From the IMG/VR virus record IMGVR_UViG_3300048998_000058, positions 1 through 45,668 of that record: DNA of 45,668 bases; one strand, 5' to 3'. The number at the start of each line of letters is the position of its first letter. Within the stretch, counting starts at the first letter, position 1. The translations under genes were made by a program, and so were the position numbers. This DNA comes from a virus. Taxonomy: Duplodnaviria; Caudoviricetes. The notes under the pieces are model-generated. The model was not told where the DNA came from and made no database searches. It saw only the letters and a list, made by a program, of their open reading frames with translations. Positions 17,662 to 25,850 of the stretch are shown here, in pieces.

Positions 17662-18306
17662 ATGCGAGTGCTAGTAGGCTGTGAGACAAGCGGTGTGGTT
17701 TGCGACGCCTTCGCGCGCCGAGGCCACACCGCGTACAGCTGCGACCTTTTGCCGGCAGCGCCCGGCCACACCAGCCGCAGGCACCACATACAAGGCGACG
17801 TGCGCGACCAGCTGGGCAAGGGCTGGGACTTGGCAGTGTTCCACCCCGACTGCACGTACCTGTGTCGCAGCGGCGTGCACTGGAACAAGCGCCGCCCAGG
17901 TAGGGATGACCTGACGGAAGAAGCGTTGGATTTTGTGGTTGAGCTATTTAACGCTCCGATCCCGCTCATCTGTCTCGAGAACCCTGTCGGCGTAATAGCC
18001 AACCGCATCGCGTTCGGTGTGCCGATGCAAAAGGACATCGTACAGCCCTACGAGTTCGGCCACGACGCCAGCAAGAAAACGGTGCTGTGGTTAAAGGGCT
18101 TGCCGACGCTGCCACGCAACCCAGCACTGCGCATACCGGGCCGCGTAGTTAATGGTTTGGAACGCTGGGCTAACCAAACCGACAGTGGGAACAATCGCCT
18201 GCCACCCAACGAAACAAGGTGGCAGGCGCGTAGCGACACGTACTACGGCATCGCCGATGCGATGGCCGAATGTTGGACTAACTTGGGAGCGAGCCATGGC
18301 AGTTAA
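17662..18306 (+). CDS. Phage DNA cytosine-C5 methyltransferase-like protein
   Basis: RVLVGCETSG (motif I variant), SCDL, FHPDCTYL (motif IV variant), LENP (VI), QPYEFG, KKTVLWL, RS.TY.GIADAMA.W. Confidence 0.8.
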   Translation: MRVLVGCETSGVVCDAFARRGHTAYSCDLLPAAPGHTSRRHHIQGDVRDQLGKGWDLAVFHPDCTYLCRSGVHWNKRRPGRDDLTEEALDFVVELFNAPIPLICLENPVGVIANRIAFGVPMQKDIVQPYEFGHDASKKTVLWLKGLPTLPRNPALRIPGRVVNGLERWANQTDSGNNRLPPNETRWQARSDTYYGIADAMAECWTNLGASHGS

Positions 18307-18508
18307 GAGTGACAAGCAAGTACGCGCGGCGCTAGTCGTAGCCGAAGCTAAGGGACAGAACCCGTTGCGCGACGTCAGCGAACAATACAACTGGGCCTGT
18401 GCCGAGTACCGCGCAGTGATGGACGGTAGCGAAGGCGGGGCGCAAGGGCTGCGAGATCGCGTGACGAATATGCGGTTCCACCTCGACCGACTCGAAGCCC
18501 TGCTGTGA
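18296..18508 (+). CDS. Hypothetical protein
   Basis: GGGAGCGAG RBS. Confidence 0.65.
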   Translation: MAVKSDKQVRAALVVAEAKGQNPLRDVSEQYNWACAEYRAVMDGSEGGAQGLRDRVTNMRFHLDRLEALL

Positions 18509-18702
18509 TCGACAAGCCCAGCCCCGGCCTACTCAGGGCGTTAACACTGGGTGCGGCACAGTGCGACAAACGCGCCGCCGAGCTGGCTAGCTGCAAACGC
18601 TGCCACCAGCGGCCCGAGCTGTACACCGACGCAGCCGCCGCGCTGCGAGACCTCGCCCAACTACTGGAGCACGCAGATGGACTTTCGCAACAGCCAGAAT
18701 AA
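18505..18702 (+). CDS. Hypothetical protein
   Basis: GTGA overlap. Confidence 0.55.
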   Translation: MIDKPSPGLLRALTLGAAQCDKRAAELASCKRCHQRPELYTDAAAALRDLAQLLEHADGLSQQPE

Positions 18703-18958
18703 CCGCCCCGCTTCGTACGGCCAGCGGTTCGCCAAGCAGACCTTTAACGGGCTGACCATTGTGTTTCTTTTCGTCGTGGTGTTGCTGCTCGCATCGCTGC
18801 TGAAGTTCGTGCGCAACATCGACATAGCCACGGAGCGCCGCGAAGCCTCGCTGTACTGCCACATGGTGTACGTCGACGCGTGGCCCGACTACCGCCACGA
18901 GTACGCCCGCAACTGCACCCCCGATGGCGATCTGCGTCCCGACGTGGGTCGAAAATAA
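18677..18958 (+). CDS. Hypothetical single-pass membrane protein
   Basis: GGAG RBS; TM helix followed by YC.MV...WPDY...C motif. Confidence 0.7.
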   Translation: MDFRNSQNNRPASYGQRFAKQTFNGLTIVFLFVVVLLLASLLKFVRNIDIATERREASLYCHMVYVDAWPDYRHEYARNCTPDGDLRPDVGRK

Positions 18959-18961
18959 GTC

Positions 18962-18989
18962 TTGCATTGGCGTAGAGAGTCACTATAAT
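18962..18989 (+). promoter_or_regulatory. Sigma70 promoter (TTGCAT-16-TATAAT)
   Basis: Perfect -10, near-consensus -35, intergenic. Confidence 0.7.
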
Positions 18990-19017
18990 GACCTCTACTA
19001 ACTGAGGAGCGAACGAA

Positions 19018-19227
19018 ATGCGCAACGACCGGGCCAGCGATTTTACTCTAGTGCAGGAACACGGCGTCGGCTGGCAGGCGCGAAAGGTGGCCCGCGAACA
19101 CCTCGAAGCCGACTTGGCACGGGTCGAAGACCTCGCCGCCAACGCACCCACCGACAAGCTGCGCGCTCTGTACGCCGGTATGGCTATCGACCGCCGCTTG
19201 CAGCTGGAGAACCTGAACCGTGGCTAA
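19018..19227 (+). CDS. Hypothetical protein
   Basis: GAGGAGCGAA RBS. Confidence 0.7.
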   Translation: MRNDRASDFTLVQEHGVGWQARKVAREHLEADLARVEDLAANAPTDKLRALYAGMAIDRRLQLENLNRG

Positions 19228-19525
19228 GTCGAAGGTCGAACGCGTACCGGCAACGCCCACCCCGGTACCACACGTTATGCAGCTGCTGAACGAGACGTTA
19301 AAAGATATCGAGTCGGGTAGCTTCGACCCCACAACAGTCGACCTGATCGTTACGCGGCTGCGCTTAGCTCGTCAACACACAATGGCACTGCTGGTGACTG
19401 GCGAGGCGCTGGTGCTCGAAGCCGAGCTGGAGGCCAAGCGCCGGGGCAACACCGCCGACGTGCGCAGTGCAGTCGTTGTACGTGCCGGCCACACGGCCCA
19501 GCAGCGAGCGCGCTGGGGTTCGTAA
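19220..19525 (+). CDS. Hypothetical protein
   Basis: GGAG RBS, GTG start, ends before terminator. Confidence 0.65.
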   Translation: MAKSKVERVPATPTPVPHVMQLLNETLKDIESGSFDPTTVDLIVTRLRLARQHTMALLVTGEALVLEAELEAKRRGNTADVRSAVVVRAGHTAQQRARWGS

Positions 19526-19544
19526 CCGCTCTGAACATTAAAGC

Positions 19545-19577
19545 AAAGGCCCGGGCTACCAAGCGCCGGGCCTTTTC
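19545..19577. terminator. Bidirectional terminator between converging arms
   Basis: AAAGGCCCGG...CCGGGCCTTTT. Confidence 0.8.
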
Positions 19578-19596
19578 GGCTGTAGCTCGTCAGAAC

Positions 19597-20271
19597 TTAT
19601 GCAAGCGCAGCGGTAGGCGGGGTAAACGACGCGCCACTGTACTTGGCCGAGGCCGTATAGCCAAAGTCATCGATGTAACCCACCCACGGAAACCCGCTGT
19701 TGTAATACGCACCAACAGTCCAATTGACTTCGCTGAAATTAAAGCCGGAAGCAATTGTATTCGTCATTATCAGGTTGCCGCCAATGTAAAGCGCAACGGA
19801 CGTCCCGCTACGTACAACGGCCACATGAGTCCATGCGTTATTAGTGAACGTATAGTTCGCGTTGTAGACGGCGCCAGTAAGATACATCTGGACATGACCA
19901 TTGCTTGGGTCTGCACCCACGCTTAACTCGTTGGCACCGTTTACCATCGCAGTGGCAAACAGGCCGCGCGTGGATGTGTTGTTGGTGCAGTAGTACCAGC
20001 CTTCTAACGTGAAGTCACCGGTGCCAAGGGCCAGCGCAGCGGTTGACGAAACGTAGCCCGAATTTACAAACAGGCTGGCACTCCCCCACTTAATTTGCGC
20101 AGTTGACAACGCTGCGCTGCCACTGCGTGCCCAAACCTTTGGCGAAGAACCTGTGTCGGTGATGGTCGTCGAACCAGTAGCACCGTCAAAAGCCAAGTGG
20201 CACTTCAATAATGGGTTAACGGCTGCGCCTCGATGGTTCTTCGCTGCACGCGCGAATAGTAGTGGCATCAT
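19597..20271 (-). CDS. LamG/concanavalin A-like lectin-domain tail protein (putative receptor-binding protein)
   Basis: STAQIKWGSASL, GTGDFTLEGW, WTHVAVVRSG..VALYIGG, GYIDDF. Confidence 0.85.
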   Translation of the reverse strand: MMPLLFARAAKNHRGAAVNPLLKCHLAFDGATGSTTITDTGSSPKVWARSGSAALSTAQIKWGSASLFVNSGYVSSTAALALGTGDFTLEGWYYCTNNTSTRGLFATAMVNGANELSVGADPSNGHVQMYLTGAVYNANYTFTNNAWTHVAVVRSGTSVALYIGGNLIMTNTIASGFNFSEVNWTVGAYYNSGFPWVGYIDDFGYTASAKYSGASFTPPTAALA

Positions 20272-20807
20272 TACCAGACCCTCCACTCGTTGGTGCCGAT
20301 CTGCTCCAGGCCGCGCGCATCGTAAATAGCAGACGTAGACGCACCGTTCGGGGCACGCAGGGTTACACCAGCGCCGGCCACAACGGTTACAACGCCAGCG
20401 CCACCCTGCGACACCATGAGCATCGCGTTGGCAAACGCCACGGAGCTATTCGGCGGAATGGTGACATTGACTGCCGTCGCGCTGGTTACCCGGACGTCCT
20501 TACCTGCATCTGCAAGTACCAACGTATAGGCAACGGTTTGATCATTGACACCAACAAATGCCGTCGGTGCACCACCTGCGCCGCCAGTGGCCGCAACAGT
20601 CAACGTATTGGCGGCGTCATTGTACGTCAATGTGACGCCAGTACCGGCGACCATAAAGGCGGCGACGATATCCTGCACACGCTCAGCAGTCAAATACAAG
20701 TTGACCGGGCTGGCGGTCTTCTCCGGGATGTCGTCAGCGTCAACCGGCATTACACCGGTCGTGTCGTCAAAAGTCTTTGCGCCAATTTTCGCAATTACGT
20801 CAGCCAT
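20271..20807 (-). CDS. Tail fiber/adaptor protein
   Basis: NLYLT.ERVQD.VAA, YNDAANTLT, YTLVLADAG, VTIPPNSSVAF...QGGAG.VTVVAG. Confidence 0.75.
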   Translation of the reverse strand: MADVIAKIGAKTFDDTTGVMPVDADDIPEKTASPVNLYLTAERVQDIVAAFMVAGTGVTLTYNDAANTLTVAATGGAGGAPTAFVGVNDQTVAYTLVLADAGKDVRVTSATAVNVTIPPNSSVAFANAMLMVSQGGAGVVTVVAGAGVTLRAPNGASTSAIYDARGLEQIGTNEWRVW

Positions 20808-23521
20808 TACACAGCCCTCAAGTAGATGCCCGAAGGCGTGGTTAGCAAGTTGCCCGCGCTGGTGGTGATTAACGTATCCGGCGGCACGTAGTCAAAATCG
20901 ATGCTGTTACCCTGCCAGCTTTCAAAAGTCAAGCGCTCTGTAAACACGACGGCGGTTACGTGGCCGGCTTCGCTGGCGAAGGCGTTGTAGAAGTTCGTGG
21001 CGATACCTGTAAACGTTTGGTCGAGCACGCCGGCAAGGTAAATCTTAACTGTGTACGTGGTGCCCACCTCTGGTGTTACATCGCTTGCGCTGGTGTCAAC
21101 AGGTACGTCAGCCTGCGTTTGCCTGTTTCGATGCGCCCAGGTAAGGGGTATCACGCCGATCACCGGAGCGCTAGGCGTCGCTGTGCCGCCCACCTTTAAG
21201 TTGCCCGGTGCATACGGGCGTATGGCGCGATGCGCAAGCAGCACAGCGTCGGTGGGCGCGGCGGCAAGGCTAAGCTGGCCGTTGCTGGCGTTCGTCAGTA
21301 GCTTGACGTTAACTGTCTCGCCTGACTCGTACTGGATGTTGTCGCTGTCAAGGTAGTTTTCGAAGAAGTAAACCTTCGCCCCAATGGCGTGCGTTGCCGG
21401 CACCGTGTCGAACAGGCCGCGCAGCACGCCCGTGGCAATGCCCGTACCGGTATCGAGCGCCGTCAATGCCATGATCTCGCTATCGACTTGGAATATTGGC
21501 TGCGTGTCGAGTTCGTCGAGGTCGACCGTGTTGGTCATAGTAAAGGTCGCCGACTGCTTGGTCATAACGGTCGACAGCTCGCCGTAAGCGCAGAAGTCTA
21601 AATGGCCATTGTCTTGGAAACCTGCACCCGCATCGGTGTAGATATCTGCCGACAAGCCGCCCGTAACTCGCGGAGCTGCTGCGGCAACGAAACCTAGGGT
21701 CAGGTCGTTGTTCAGCAGCGAGTCGGTTTGCGCCTGCCCTTCGCTTTGGATTAGTGCGAAGTAAGGCACTTCCATAACTAGCCTGTTCGACAACGCAACA
21801 GGGTTGCCCTTGGGGTCGACATACGGCGACGACTGCGACGGCACCACGATGGTGTCGGGCAGTGCGAAGTCGTCCTCCACAAACGATACCTTGACTCGCT
21901 TGGTTGTGCCGTCACCAAAAGTCACAGCTGTAACGCGCACGACCGTATCGTTTAAAGAATACTTGCCGAAGTTCAACACTAAGGGGTCGCCGCGCTGCAA
22001 GTCGTTTGCGGCAGCAGTCGGCAACAGCGACACCGTGCCGGTCGCCAACGGGTTCGATTCTGCTTTCAAGTCTCGACTACCCAGCCGACTGGCGAGGTTC
22101 GCATTCGACACCATCTCGTAATTCTTCTGCGACTTGACCAGCACACCCTGTTGCAAGAACAATGCAGGGTTGGGCACCGACAGCGTGCCGGTGTCCCCGA
22201 GTTCCAAGTTATAGAACTGCACCACGACAAGGTTGACCAAGTCGCCGAACATAGGACGCGCAAAGTCGTCCATCGACATTATCTCAGTACCTTCGCTAAA
22301 CACAGGCAGCGAGGCTTTGTCATAGTCGCCACGGATCAACTTAATGGTCCACTTTAACGTACGGCGGTCGACGTACAGTGCCAGGTCAACTGTGTCTTCA
22401 ATCTTTTGGATTACGTCGTCGATCTCGGTCTGGTCGTCGTCCCACAAATACGACAGGCCGAAGCCTTCGTTAAACAAAGTCAACGCAGCCGCCCGGAAGT
22501 TATCATCGTCGACATCCGATTCGTCGTAACCGAACCCCCATTCTTGGTTCAGCAAACATTCGCGCAGCATGTGCACCGGGTTCATGTCGGGCAGCAGGGC
22601 GTCGTTGCCGGCGACCTTAAACGCAGCGTACGCATAGTTGCCGTCGCTAATCGGACCAGCGTCCTCGCACTTACAGGCAATCGTATTGACGCCGCTTCGA
22701 ATAACACTCGAAGGGATTACGATCTCGTGCTGGAACGCTTCGGTGCTGGGGCTGGCGCTATTACCCGAACGCGGCAATACCAGCACGCCATTGACCCAAC
22801 AGGTGGCGAAGTTATCGACGAAGATAACAAGCGTCACCGTGTCGGTAGTATTGACCGTGAACTGTCGACGAATCCACATGGTCGTCTGCTGCGGCCACAC
22901 GGTACCCACCACATCGGGCCACAGCCCGGCAAGGTAAGGCTGGCCCACTTTATCGGCGAACGGGCTGCTGCCCACGCCCCACGCGCTGTCGTCGTAGCCT
23001 TCGGCGCTGTAGTCGGCGGTGTCGGGATATGGAACGTTTTTATACTTCCAGCCTTCGCTGGTCGGGCCAAGCTCTAAGTTCAAGTCGCCGCCGAAGGCTA
23101 CCTGCGCGGTTTCGTCGTACCACTGCACCGACCCATCGTCTTGTGTGTGGATGCGCGAAGCACGAATCTTCCAATCCTTCATGTACGGATTGTTGCCCAG
23201 ATACCCGTGTCGACACACGATGCCCGCCACACCCCGAAACGCAGGTATGCGCCCCAACTTGCTGGCGAGGTAACTATCGGGCATCTGCGTGGGGTAGCCG
23301 GGCTGAAAATTGATCTGCGCGACGACACCGCCTTCGCGAGCCTTGCCACCGAACAGCTGATCGTTGTTGATCGTGATAACACCTTCGCCGACTTGATTGC
23401 CGTTCCACGCGTCAACGTCGCCGATACGAATGCGAGTGATCTTTTCGATGCACTTCGCCAGCATCATTTGGAAGCCGGCGAAGTATTTGTAACCTACTGT
23501 GGTTTTACTTGCGCCGCCCAT
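20807..23521 (-). CDS. Central tail/tip attachment protein (baseplate hub) with inserted carbohydrate-binding-like domain
   Basis: MGG..TVGYKY, PAFRGV, GNNPY, DMNPVH, A..L..EGFGLS, IKLIRGDY, RG.FDT.PA.H, LTWAHRNR. Confidence 0.85.
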   Translation of the reverse strand: MGGASKTTVGYKYFAGFQMMLAKCIEKITRIRIGDVDAWNGNQVGEGVITINNDQLFGGKAREGGVVAQINFQPGYPTQMPDSYLASKLGRIPAFRGVAGIVCRHGYLGNNPYMKDWKIRASRIHTQDDGSVQWYDETAQVAFGGDLNLELGPTSEGWKYKNVPYPDTADYSAEGYDDSAWGVGSSPFADKVGQPYLAGLWPDVVGTVWPQQTTMWIRRQFTVNTTDTVTLVIFVDNFATCWVNGVLVLPRSGNSASPSTEAFQHEIVIPSSVIRSGVNTIACKCEDAGPISDGNYAYAAFKVAGNDALLPDMNPVHMLRECLLNQEWGFGYDESDVDDDNFRAAALTLFNEGFGLSYLWDDDQTEIDDVIQKIEDTVDLALYVDRRTLKWTIKLIRGDYDKASLPVFSEGTEIMSMDDFARPMFGDLVNLVVVQFYNLELGDTGTLSVPNPALFLQQGVLVKSQKNYEMVSNANLASRLGSRDLKAESNPLATGTVSLLPTAAANDLQRGDPLVLNFGKYSLNDTVVRVTAVTFGDGTTKRVKVSFVEDDFALPDTIVVPSQSSPYVDPKGNPVALSNRLVMEVPYFALIQSEGQAQTDSLLNNDLTLGFVAAAAPRVTGGLSADIYTDAGAGFQDNGHLDFCAYGELSTVMTKQSATFTMTNTVDLDELDTQPIFQVDSEIMALTALDTGTGIATGVLRGLFDTVPATHAIGAKVYFFENYLDSDNIQYESGETVNVKLLTNASNGQLSLAAAPTDAVLLAHRAIRPYAPGNLKVGGTATPSAPVIGVIPLTWAHRNRQTQADVPVDTSASDVTPEVGTTYTVKIYLAGVLDQTFTGIATNFYNAFASEAGHVTAVVFTERLTFESWQGNSIDFDYVPPDTLITTSAGNLLTTPSGIYLRAV

Positions 23522-23693
23522 GAGCTGCCTCCACTAATCGCGTCGCCAGTGCATCGTTGGTGGCAGTGAATTGTTCTTCCGACAAGCCCTTCGTGCGAAA
23601 CTCTTGGTAGTCGAGTTTGTGCACGGCGAACCAGGTACGCCATCCGTGTCGACATAACTTGGCGGCGCGTGCGTGCTGCATGGTTATGATCAT
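23505..23693 (-). CDS. Small tail assembly protein
   Basis: IITMQH...CRHGWRTWF..H.LD...F...G motif seen in this tail-tip module. Confidence 0.75.
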   Translation of the reverse strand: MIITMQHARAAKLCRHGWRTWFAVHKLDYQEFRTKGLSEEQFTATNDALATRLVEAAHGRRK

Positions 23694-23899
23694 TTCTTAC
23701 CGCCCTTCGATTTGATCGCAGTCGTCGACACGTCGAGCCACGCGGTGATGTTTTTAGTTGTGATGTCGCGCGTACCCCACAACACGCCGATAACGCCACC
23801 TTCTTCAGCTGTGGTCGAATCGAACTCCTCCGGCGGGGTAACCGGTTGGCGCTTGACTTTGAATAGACCCAGAGGGTCGAGGAACTTTGACCAGCTCAT
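23690..23899 (-). CDS. Small tail tip protein
   Basis: TAEEGG.I.VLWGT, C-terminal IKSKGGKK. Confidence 0.75.
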   Translation of the reverse strand: MSWSKFLDPLGLFKVKRQPVTPPEEFDSTTAEEGGVIGVLWGTRDITTKNITAWLDVSTTAIKSKGGKK

Positions 23900-24675
23900 A
23901 CGATACTATTCCCACCCATCGGGTTTGTAAGAGGGATGCGCGCGAATCCGCCGAAGTTCAAAAGGTTGTCGTACTCGTCATCGCACACCGGCTCGGTTTG
24001 TGTACAGCCCGGCGCAATATATACCGCAACGGGGTGGGCAGTGGCGAACTGCGTATTTAGCGTGTCGCTGGGGCGTATCAGAGTCAGCACATTGCCCGCT
24101 TGGCTGGTTATGTACCGCATGGTGCCGTCGCTAAGTATCACCACGCCTGCGGTATAGCGGCGACCATCGCTGGTCTCGGGTACTGTGATCGAAAGCCCGT
24201 CTGCCGACATTGCCGTTACATGCGCAGCGATTTTCCATTCGTCGATATCGAGCTTGCAGCCGGGGCCGTACTGAACGTGCCTGCATGGCCGCTGGAATAT
24301 TGGCCGCGAACCCACGCGGCGGTTAGCGGTGAATGTCGACTCGAAGGTAGCTTTCAGCTTCGTGTTGTCTGGCGCGGTTTTCGTAAGGCGGCCGCGAAAC
24401 TCCGCACGAAACACGCTGAACTCGTCTTTGCTGAAAATGTCAAGGCGGATAACGTTGTCGACACTGCTGTTCAGCAAGTGCTGTGCGTACGTGTCTTGCA
24501 GTGCAAATGAAACGTCGACGCTGTTTTTTGTTACCTGCGCCTTGTCATTGATCTCGCTACGGTTCATAACCTTGGGCGCGTACGTTTCGCCGTTGTACAC
24601 CTCAGCTTCGTTGCTGCTGGTGTAGGTCGACACCGCGGTGCCTTCGACAAAGCGATAGAGTTCTTTACTGCTCAT
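23896..24675 (-). CDS. Tail tip protein (BR0599/DUF2163-like, Fe-S cysteines)
   Basis: C.H.QYGPGC, PGC......C...YDNLLNFGGF..IP. Confidence 0.85.
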   Translation of the reverse strand: MSSKELYRFVEGTAVSTYTSSNEAEVYNGETYAPKVMNRSEINDKAQVTKNSVDVSFALQDTYAQHLLNSSVDNVIRLDIFSKDEFSVFRAEFRGRLTKTAPDNTKLKATFESTFTANRRVGSRPIFQRPCRHVQYGPGCKLDIDEWKIAAHVTAMSADGLSITVPETSDGRRYTAGVVILSDGTMRYITSQAGNVLTLIRPSDTLNTQFATAHPVAVYIAPGCTQTEPVCDDEYDNLLNFGGFARIPLTNPMGGNSIV

Positions 24676-25850
24676 GCTGCGACCTCCACTACGTTATAAC
24701 TGGTGTAGCTGTAGCCAGCAGGGCGTAGGTTGATCTCTACACGATCGGTGTCGAGGCGGCGCGGCCGCACATACGACACCACCATAACGTCGACAGCGTT
24801 GCGCGCGAGCGATGTGTCTAGCGTTAGCTGCGTCGTGCCGTCGCCTAGACTTACCGCAGCTGTGACGTTACGCAGCAACCAAGTGCCGTCGCGCATACCG
24901 AACGCCACGACCTTGCAAGTGGGGTACACCAGCGCCAGGTAGTTGTCGTCATAAACTTTGAACGCTGTGGTTACTGCGCCGGTCGACGCCTTGCGCAAGT
25001 TCGACTCGAACGTAGGCGCGTAGTACGCGCGGAACTTACCAGCTCGACGATAGAACCACTGACAGAACGCGCGCAAGTCGGCGACGCTAAACCCCCGCCA
25101 ACCTTGGTTCGTCGTGTACTGGGCCTGCACCCATGGGGTCGCATGCGCCACACCGCCGACACTGAATTCAACTTCGTCGTATTGTTGATCGATGGTGCCT
25201 GTTGCGTTGCCGTCGATTTCGTAAGGCGCGGTGTACAGGTCGACTCCGTTGAACTGGGGCGCGGCGTCGGTAAGCCCTGTCAGCACATCGTTGTCGTTGA
25301 CGTTGTAAATAACCTTAACGCTGTTGTCTCGGCCCGTGGGCTTAAAAGGAGCCTTGCCGCTTACATAGCCAATGCGCACACCCATCAACCATGCACGACC
25401 TACTAGCGCAGTCGGGCCGGTAATCGTAACAACACCTGCCGCGATGGCCGAGACAGTATGCAGCTCCCAATTGCCGCGCACATCGAACAGCAGCGCCAGC
25501 GTGTTGGGTCGTATGTCGTGCACCGTGGTGTCGGCTAAGAACACGGTCTGGCCTGCGGCGCTGACGACTGCTTGTGCTTCGAACCACAGCGGTATCGCCC
25601 ACTGCCCACGAAGCCCAGCAAAGAACGTGTTCCACGCTGCCATCACTTCAACGTAAGGTAAGTCGTATTCGTACGTATACGCCTGACGCGGCAACGCCCG
25701 CATTTGCGAGCGAAGTTCCGTCTGGTTGGTGTAGCTGGCGGGCGCGTCGGTATAAAACTCCAACGACATGCTGCCACTATCGTTCGGCGGCTTGGGGACT
25801 ATGAACAAGTCCCCGTACAAGGCTGTGGTTACTTTGGCCGCGTATTTCAT
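24672..25850 (-). CDS. Distal tail-like virion protein
   Basis: Directly after tape measure; E.R..MR..PR, W.YRRAG...Y.PT, RLDTD. Confidence 0.75.
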   Translation of the reverse strand: MKYAAKVTTALYGDLFIVPKPPNDSGSMSLEFYTDAPASYTNQTELRSQMRALPRQAYTYEYDLPYVEVMAAWNTFFAGLRGQWAIPLWFEAQAVVSAAGQTVFLADTTVHDIRPNTLALLFDVRGNWELHTVSAIAAGVVTITGPTALVGRAWLMGVRIGYVSGKAPFKPTGRDNSVKVIYNVNDNDVLTGLTDAAPQFNGVDLYTAPYEIDGNATGTIDQQYDEVEFSVGGVAHATPWVQAQYTTNQGWRGFSVADLRAFCQWFYRRAGKFRAYYAPTFESNLRKASTGAVTTAFKVYDDNYLALVYPTCKVVAFGMRDGTWLLRNVTAAVSLGDGTTQLTLDTSLARNAVDVMVVSYVRPRRLDTDRVEINLRPAGYSYTSYNVVEVAA

